DNA of 64,000 nucleotides. Origin: Candidatus Dojkabacteria bacterium (GTDB taxonomy: Bacteria; Patescibacteriota; Dojkabacteria; B142; OLB20). The stretch lies in the NCBI GenBank assembly GCA_046753765.1, contig JBHHUN010000001.1, positions 12,141-76,140 on the forward strand, written 5' to 3'. Both the position numbers and the translations under genes were made by a program. This document shows positions 57,865 to 64,000 of this stretch, in pieces. A model generated the notes under the pieces. The model did no database searches. It was not told the DNA's origin and saw nothing but the letters and a program-made list of their open reading frames with translations. Numbering within the stretch: the first letter of the stretch is position 1; every line of letters begins with the position of its first letter.

Positions 57865-59261
57865 TGAAAATTGATAAAACTGCCCCCAAAAAGAAAAAGA
57901 AGTTAACTTTTGCTTCTAAAGTAAAGAGGGTGCTTACAACTCCTATAGGGGGACTAACTAAAGAAAAGGAGTTGTTTATCCAAAACCTCTCAATGCTTAT
58001 TACCTCTGGGCTGGATGTAATAACAGCTTTGAAAGCCACGCAGTTTGATATCCGTTCCAGACGAATGCGTGAGCTGACGGATCAGATTACCGCAGATGTT
58101 AACGCGGGATCGCCTATGTGGAAAGCATTTGAAGAAAATAATCTTCTCCCCAGCTATATGGTTGCTCTTGTTAGAATTGGTGAAGAGACCGGGAAGCTCC
58201 CCGAGAACTTAATAATCATTGTTGAACAGCAACAAAAAACAAGACTGTTCAAATCGAAAATCATTTCAGCAATGATCTACCCTGCGATAATATTTGGCCT
58301 GAGTATCTTTATAGGGATCGGGATCTTTGTATTTGTCCTGCCGAGACTTTCTAACGTCTATAACGCACTTGGTATTGATCTTCCTTTTATCACAAAGGTA
58401 ATGATATTTACAGGGACGTTTCTGCGTGACTACGGAATTATCGTTTTACCTCTTGCTGGTTTATTAATAGCAATAGTCTTTTACTTCCTTTTTGTGAGAG
58501 AGCGGAGTAAGCATGTTGGCCAGCGAATGATCTTTTCGATCCCTGCGTTGAGAGGGATCGTCAGGAATATCGAGATTGCCAGGTTTGGCTTTATGTTCTC
58601 AACTTTGCTTGAAGCAGGACTGCCAATCCTGGATGCAATTTCATCTTTAGGCAGGTCAACAGGTTACTATAACTACAGTAAATTCTATCGCCATCTCGAA
58701 CGGATGATTGAGGAGGGCTATACTTTTCAACAGGCGTTCAAGAGATTTAAAAAAATAGAAAAGATCTTTCCGGTACCAATACAACAGATTGTAATTGCCG
58801 CTGAAAACTCTGGAAGGCTAATGAAATCTTCTTCGCAGATAGGCACAAGTTTTGAAGAGAAGATCGACTCCTCGAGCAAGAATCTTGCAGTCGTTCTTGA
58901 ACCATTAATGCTCATTATCGTGTGGCTGGGTGTTGTGTTTGTGGCTCTTTCGGTCATATTCCCTGTTTATAATCTTGTTGGTGGAGTTGGTCAAAGTAAC
59001 GGTAATGGGTCGGTTTCGTCTCCAGTGGTTGATTTCAACAAAGCAGGAACACTCACAGTCGTGTCTGATCAGGAGCAGGTAAATGTATACAAAGACCCAG
59101 CAGACGAATCTCCCGTAGAAAGTACAATTGAGAGTGGAATTACCCTAAGATTCACGGCGACAAAAGACGGTTGGGTGAAAATTGTGATTGATGAAACTAC
59201 TCAGGATACAGGATGGATTCAAGAAGAACTGGTTCAAATAATAGTTGATCTATCAGAATAG
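57864..59261 (+). CDS. pilC: Type IV pilus platform protein PilC/GspF with C-terminal SH3b-like domain
   Basis: Two T2SSF repeats (GEETGKL, AENSGRL), MIYP and LEPLM motifs; extra C-terminal VNVYKDP...GWVKI...GWI. Confidence 0.9.
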   Translation: MKIDKTAPKKKKKLTFASKVKRVLTTPIGGLTKEKELFIQNLSMLITSGLDVITALKATQFDIRSRRMRELTDQITADVNAGSPMWKAFEENNLLPSYMVALVRIGEETGKLPENLIIIVEQQQKTRLFKSKIISAMIYPAIIFGLSIFIGIGIFVFVLPRLSNVYNALGIDLPFITKVMIFTGTFLRDYGIIVLPLAGLLIAIVFYFLFVRERSKHVGQRMIFSIPALRGIVRNIEIARFGFMFSTLLEAGLPILDAISSLGRSTGYYNYSKFYRHLERMIEEGYTFQQAFKRFKKIEKIFPVPIQQIVIAAENSGRLMKSSSQIGTSFEEKIDSSSKNLAVVLEPLMLIIVWLGVVFVALSVIFPVYNLVGGVGQSNGNGSVSSPVVDFNKAGTLTVVSDQEQVNVYKDPADESPVESTIESGITLRFTATKDGWVKIVIDETTQDTGWIQEELVQIIVDLSE

Positions 59262-59263
59262 CG

Positions 59264-59710
59264 ATGACAAAGCAAAGACTACAGCAAGCGTTTACATTAT
59301 TCGAGCTACTCCTGTCGATGTCGCTGTTGGCAATGGTTGCAGCTTTTTCAGTACCGCTCTACCAGAGTTTTCAGACCAGCAACGATCTTGAGTTGACGGC
59401 CGATATAACTACTCAGTCACTCAGAAGAGCGCAGTCATTGGCTATGAGTGGTGATGGTGATGCAAATTGGGGTGTATATATCCAGAACGGGAGTGTCACG
59501 TTATTTCAAGGTGACGATTACGCCACGAGGGATACAAGCTTTGATGAAGACCTGGAGATTAGCGACAAGATAAACCTCTCAGGGCTAAGTGAGCTCGTTT
59601 ATGAGAAATTTACGGGTGATCCTTCAGCGACAGGTACGATCAATCTCTCCATAGCCAGTGGCGAAACAAGAATTATTACGATTAATTCAAGGGGTACAGT
59701 AGATTTCTAA
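59264..59710 (+). CDS. Minor pilin (FimT/GspH-like)
   Basis: Class III signal QA|FTLFELL; AQSLAM and F.KFTG patterns. Confidence 0.85.
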   Translation: MTKQRLQQAFTLFELLLSMSLLAMVAAFSVPLYQSFQTSNDLELTADITTQSLRRAQSLAMSGDGDANWGVYIQNGSVTLFQGDDYATRDTSFDEDLEISDKINLSGLSELVYEKFTGDPSATGTINLSIASGETRIITINSRGTVDF

Positions 59711-59711
59711 G

Positions 59712-62261
59712 ATGAACCGGAACAAGAAATTAAAATCATTTAGTCTTGTAGAAGTACTGTTGGCAATGACGTTGCTGGGTATTATCATGATGTCGTTGGC
59801 TGGAGCTCTTGGCTTCGGTCAAGAGAGCAGCCTTGCTGCTGGCAATACTGCAAGAGCAAGTTTGATCGCTGATGAGGGGGTTGAGGCTGTAGATAATATT
59901 GCCGATGAGGACTTTGCGAATCTTGTCGATGGTACGTACGGACTTGCTGTGTCAGGAGGGGTCTGGACGTTCTCGGGAACGAGTGATACTACAGATATTT
60001 TCGAGAGAGTAGTCACGATTTCAACGGTTGATACGTATACTAAGCAGGTAACATCTGAGGTCACCTGGAGCCAGGGGGCAGGTCAGCTACCACGAGTAGT
60101 TACGGTTGACTCGTACGTCTCTGACTGGTCTCGACTTGTGGTTACATCAAATAGCACATTCCGAGCAACCGAATACTACCTGGGAACTGGCGTTTTTTCG
60201 GGAAATTCGTATAGCCTTACTTTGAATCAGGACCTTGAAAGTAATTACTTTGTTATCGTTCAGGGGAGTGACGGCAACGGAAGTCGCAGAGGGACCCGTG
60301 GACCAGATGAAAATTACGTCTCGCTTACAGCTGACCCATTTGGGACAGGTGCCCTCGGAACATCGGGAGGAACGGCTATCCTTGGTTTCACTAGACAGAA
60401 CAGTGTTAACAGCTGGGTAGGGGTAGTAACAGTTGTTGAGTGTCTTGGAGACTGTAATGCCTCTGGGTTTGAACTGTTGGATGTTGAGAGGGTGACTCAT
60501 TCAGGCACAGCAACATCGGGTAGTGTTACAACTACTTCCTGGTCAGATATTGGTCAGGTGATGTTGATGGGTGGGTTCAATGGTTCGGGTTGTGACACAA
60601 CCCAGACAAGGAGTTTTAGGTCCAAAGTGTGTCATGTGAGGATGTATCCTTCAGGATCAAATACAGTAAACTGGACTCGTAACTCCGGTGGTGCCTCGTT
60701 GAGAACTGCAACCAGCACAACGATGGTAGTAGAGTGGGGCAGTGAGTGGACCATCCAGAGGGCAAACGTGACAGGAAACAACGGTGGTAACGGTGCTGAT
60801 GCCACTGGAGAGTACTCAAACGGGGCCATTTCAGGTGTTGCCAGAGATAACACCTGGGTGTGGGGCACTGGACACACTAACGACCAGGGGATCGGTGATG
60901 CAGCCGAAGGCGTGCTGGTTACTCTGGGTGACGGGGTCAATCAGAATGGAACAGAAACGCAGGTGTCCGTTGGAATGGAGTACGGAGGGAATTCCATGAA
61001 TTTCGAGGTTTATGCGCTCACACATCCCGATCTGGCAGTTGACTATCGCTTCAAGGCAGATGGGCATGCTGGCAATCTGACACTAGATACTACAGTAGAC
61101 TCTGCGTCGGATGTTGATGCGCGCATGGCGTTGATTTATAACGGCCAGAACGGGACCGGAAACGCCTATCCACGTCCGCACTTCTCGGCGCGGTACATAA
61201 ACAACACTACGGTCAGGGCTGAACGAAGACGCACAGGCCAAAACTGGCCTGCATGGATTCAGGGGATTAACTTCTCTGCTATTACCTATAGTACGGGGGG
61301 CGGTGGTACCGGCGACTGGAGTGCACCGCTTCAGCAAAGCCAGATCAACCTGGCAGGCAATGAAAACGCTCTGGGGGTTAGGGTGCAGGGAAATTACGCT
61401 TACGTTGTAAGGGACATCGCCGGCACAAATTTCGTAGTTGTAGATATCAGTAACCTATCAACCCCTTTGGTAGTTGGATCCCTGAGTTTACCTGATAAAC
61501 CGACATCTGTTGCTGTGGGTAGTGCTTATGTAGGCAGCAAAAGTAATTCGGGGGAGTTGCAAATAGTTGATGTTTCAACACCATCCAGTCCGAGCCATGT
61601 CGGAACATACAATGCTGCTGGAGACAAAGATGCTAAGGCGCTAACTGTTGATGGAACAACGGTTTATCTTGTTAAGAAGAAGGAAGGTGGTGGTGATGAG
61701 CTGTTTATTATTAATGTTTCGATACCGGCCAGTCCATCGCTAATCAGTTCACTTGAGCTGGGTGACGAAGCGAAAGGTGTGGTTAAGATAGGCAACTATC
61801 TCTACATTGGAAATAAAAGCAACTCCCAGGAACTGCAGGTTATCGATGTAACTACTCCCGCAACCCCAAGCATTGCAGGCAGCCTGGACTTGAGCGGGAA
61901 TGACGATCCTGAATCTATTGATGGTGCCGGATCAATGATAATACTTGGCCGAAGAAACGATGTTTACGTAATTGATATCTCAACCCCAACTTCACCAACT
62001 GTATTAGGCTCATTCAATGCCGGTGGCAAAGTAAAGGGTGTATCATACCATCCTTCATCAGATTACATTTTTCTGGCAACCGAGAACGGCTCACAGGAGT
62101 TTCAGGTCGTTGACATCTCATCCCCTGCAAGTATTACTTTGGTAGGAGGACTTAATGTTTCCGGGAAACTAAAGGGCATTGACTACTCTCCGGGACTGGA
62201 TAGGGCGTTTGGGGCAAGTGATTCAAACTCAGAAGAATTTATTATCTTTCAGCCACAGTAA
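59712..62261 (+). CDS. Large PilV-like pilin with an inserted beta-domain region and C-terminal LVIVD-repeat propeller
   Basis: KS|FSLVEVLLA signal; FERVVTI; repeated L/FQ(V/I)(V/I)D(V/I)S.P.SP and GNYAY motifs. Confidence 0.85.
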   Translation: MNRNKKLKSFSLVEVLLAMTLLGIIMMSLAGALGFGQESSLAAGNTARASLIADEGVEAVDNIADEDFANLVDGTYGLAVSGGVWTFSGTSDTTDIFERVVTISTVDTYTKQVTSEVTWSQGAGQLPRVVTVDSYVSDWSRLVVTSNSTFRATEYYLGTGVFSGNSYSLTLNQDLESNYFVIVQGSDGNGSRRGTRGPDENYVSLTADPFGTGALGTSGGTAILGFTRQNSVNSWVGVVTVVECLGDCNASGFELLDVERVTHSGTATSGSVTTTSWSDIGQVMLMGGFNGSGCDTTQTRSFRSKVCHVRMYPSGSNTVNWTRNSGGASLRTATSTTMVVEWGSEWTIQRANVTGNNGGNGADATGEYSNGAISGVARDNTWVWGTGHTNDQGIGDAAEGVLVTLGDGVNQNGTETQVSVGMEYGGNSMNFEVYALTHPDLAVDYRFKADGHAGNLTLDTTVDSASDVDARMALIYNGQNGTGNAYPRPHFSARYINNTTVRAERRRTGQNWPAWIQGINFSAITYSTGGGGTGDWSAPLQQSQINLAGNENALGVRVQGNYAYVVRDIAGTNFVVVDISNLSTPLVVGSLSLPDKPTSVAVGSAYVGSKSNSGELQIVDVSTPSSPSHVGTYNAAGDKDAKALTVDGTTVYLVKKKEGGGDELFIINVSIPASPSLISSLELGDEAKGVVKIGNYLYIGNKSNSQELQVIDVTTPATPSIAGSLDLSGNDDPESIDGAGSMIILGRRNDVYVIDISTPTSPTVLGSFNAGGKVKGVSYHPSSDYIFLATENGSQEFQVVDISSPASITLVGGLNVSGKLKGIDYSPGLDRAFGASDSNSEEFIIFQPQ

Positions 62262-62263
62262 AG

Positions 62264-62779
62264 ATGAGAAAACCCAGAACAAGAAAAGCATTTACTTTGG
62301 TTGAAATTATCCTTTATGTCGGACTGGTCTCCATGCTTTTGGTTGTAGTGGCCGGATTCCTCACATCTGTGCTTCAGTCGCGAGAACGTTCTGAAACAGT
62401 ATCAGAGGTGGACAGTCAGGGCGTGAAGGTTATGCAGGACATAATTCAGACAGTTAGAAACGCACAGGCAATAAACTCTCCAACACAAGGTAACTCGGCT
62501 GCAACACTTTCGCTTGATGTTGTCGATGGTGGGGCAGACCCTACTGTCTACGACCTGTCAGGTGGAGCACTCACAATCACCGAAGGAGGCGGCGCGGTAG
62601 TAGACCTGACTTCTGGCAGGGTTACTGCCTCGGGGCTTGTGTTTGAAAATTTGACTCGCCCGGGCACAGACGGCATAGTAAGAATAGAATTCACCCTCAC
62701 CCACGTTAATCCTGAAGGCAGATTTGAGTACGATTATGCGCAAATATTTTACGGCTCAGCAAATCTGAAACAGAATTAA
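62264..62779 (+). CDS. Minor pilin (PilW/GspJ-like)
   Basis: KA|FTLVEIILY signal; IIQTVRNA. Confidence 0.85.
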   Translation: MRKPRTRKAFTLVEIILYVGLVSMLLVVVAGFLTSVLQSRERSETVSEVDSQGVKVMQDIIQTVRNAQAINSPTQGNSAATLSLDVVDGGADPTVYDLSGGALTITEGGGAVVDLTSGRVTASGLVFENLTRPGTDGIVRIEFTLTHVNPEGRFEYDYAQIFYGSANLKQN

Positions 62780-62782
62780 AAT

Positions 62783-63166
62783 ATGAAGGCATACATATCT
62801 TTAATAACAGTAATAATAGTGAGCTTTGTCGCAGTGGGCATCACTGTCACATTTATTATGCTTGGTATTGGGGCGACGCAAACAAGTGAATCACTCGAAC
62901 TTTCAATAAAGGCAAAAGCCCTTGCAGATGCCTGTGCTCAGGATGGGCTCGAAACTATAAGGGAGAACACAAGCTACACTGGTACAACTAATTTATCACT
63001 TGGTGAAGGTAACTGTTCTTTCACTGTGACAAATCAGGGTGGTGAGGTACGTAGAATTGAAGTAACTGGCACGGTCGACACAGTTATCCGTAAGGTACTA
63101 ATTACAACAAGTCAGCTAAACCCACAGATACTGATTTCAAGCTGGCAGGAAGTTGCAGATTTTTGA
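62783..63166 (+). CDS. PilX-like minor pilin
   Basis: KA|YISLITV hydrophobic helix without Glu5; A..LADACA..GL; ends WQEV. Confidence 0.75.
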   Translation: MKAYISLITVIIVSFVAVGITVTFIMLGIGATQTSESLELSIKAKALADACAQDGLETIRENTSYTGTTNLSLGEGNCSFTVTNQGGEVRRIEVTGTVDTVIRKVLITTSQLNPQILISSWQEVADF

Positions 63167-64000
63167 GTAATCACAAATTGAATAAAAGACTGTCCGAACA
63201 AATAAATGAGCTTCTTGGCGATGATTATCAGGTTCCTCCCGAACTGGAGGGAATATTTGAGAAAATAAATTCTCAATATGATATGTGCGATAAACACTCG
63301 CTTTACGAGATGATTTTCAACAACGTTGGAGATATCATCACTTATGTTAGCAAGACCGGTAAGATCCTGGATGTTAATAAGAAAGTCGAAGACATTCTCG
63401 GCTATAAAGCAGATGAACTCATAGGTCAGAACTTCCTCACTCTTGGAATTCTCAATTCAGACAATCTCAAGAGGATGGCGGCTTTGTTCAAAGAGGGGAT
63501 GATGAAAGGCATAGTTCAAAACCCGGTCGAGGTAGCAATAAACGCAAGGGATGGTCATCTCGTCCATTTTGAAGTTCGTACAGGCGTTATTAAAAAGGAG
63601 GGAAAGGTTGTTTCAATGTTCAGTATCCTTCGAGATATCACAATTAAGAAGCTTGCCGAAAAAAAGGAGAAAGAGGTTACGCAGCAACTATCAGAAAATA
63701 ACTCCATACTGAAGATCATTGCGGACACTTCGACTAGTTTTGTCAACGTCCAATCTGGTGAATTGACTAATAAGATTAGTGAAGCACTGGAGCTGCTCGG
63801 TAATTCTACGGATGCTGACAGGTGCTACATCATAATGTACTCCGATGATTTGACGACAATGACGAATACGCACGAGTGGGTAAGAGAGGGTATATCATCT
63901 CAGAAAGAGCACCTCCAAGCAATAGCCTCTGATAGTTTTCCCTGGATGCTTGAGAAGATGAAGAGAAGTGAAAAGGTTATGTTCTCCAATCTTGATGATA
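63163..64000 (+). CDS. Partial PAS + GAF sensor protein (probable histidine kinase; 3' end outside window)
   Basis: Not in the ORF track. TTG start overlaps the upstream TGA (TTGA). Reads MSNHKLNKRL...; PAS motif GKILDVNKKVEDILGYKADELIGQNF...RDIT..K; GAF motif ADRCYI...MTNTHEW...FPW. Confidence 0.85.
   Translation, partial: MSNHKLNKRLSEQINELLGDDYQVPPELEGIFEKINSQYDMCDKHSLYEMIFNNVGDIITYVSKTGKILDVNKKVEDILGYKADELIGQNFLTLGILNSDNLKRMAALFKEGMMKGIVQNPVEVAINARDGHLVHFEVRTGVIKKEGKVVSMFSILRDITIKKLAEKKEKEVTQQLSENNSILKIIADTSTSFVNVQSGELTNKISEALELLGNSTDADRCYIIMYSDDLTTMTNTHEWVREGISSQKEHLQAIASDSFPWMLEKMKRSEKVMFSNLDD

Noticed and set aside
524-63873. Numerous short antisense or nested ORFs in the track (e.g. 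9751-10356, 41702-42127)
   Set aside because: They overlap well-supported genes and are explained by codon bias on the opposite strand.
1-64000. Alternative genetic code (UGA=Gly, as in Gracilibacteria/Absconditabacteria)
   Set aside because: Conserved genes are full length in code 11 and several (mrdA, cysS, ychF, rpsR) end properly at TGA.

Overview
This is a chromosomal window of about 43% GC (estimated by eye), read in code 11, from a genome-reduced bacterium. Gene content points to Patescibacteria/CPR, possibly Dojkabacteria or a related Microgenomates-side lineage; this is an inference from the lack of pyrH/uppS/cdsA in the rpsB-tsf-frr-rseP cluster, the lack of rplI beside rpsR or dnaB, the giant surface proteins and the type IV pilus genes. 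Bases 1-18.1 kb are housekeeping: mreD-like, mrdA, dprA, topA, rpsB, tsf, frr, rseP, rpsU, dnaX, ybaB, recR, cysS, cca, a beta-CASP nuclease and ychF. Bases 18.3-44.4 kb are a surface-protein island: two paralogous DUF2341/LamG giants (2717 and 2139 aa) with nested, swappable module slots, a 3183-aa mosaic fibre-like protein with two tandem autocleaving-chaperone-like domains, and two small membrane proteins sharing a domain I cannot name that recurs in a LytR_C protein at 52.7 kb. Bases 44.5-55.8 kb carry rpsF-ssb-rpsR, a divergent 690-aa fusion protein, ctpA, htrA, prmC-prfA-rpmE (minus strand), a degenerate MBL-fold protein and dnaB. Bases 55.8-64 kb are a type IV pilus operon (PilB, PilC with an SH3b-like fusion, four pilins) bracketed by a receiver protein and a truncated PAS-GAF sensor. 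I saw no rRNA, tRNA, CRISPR array or mobile element. All family calls come from motif recognition by eye; no searches were run.
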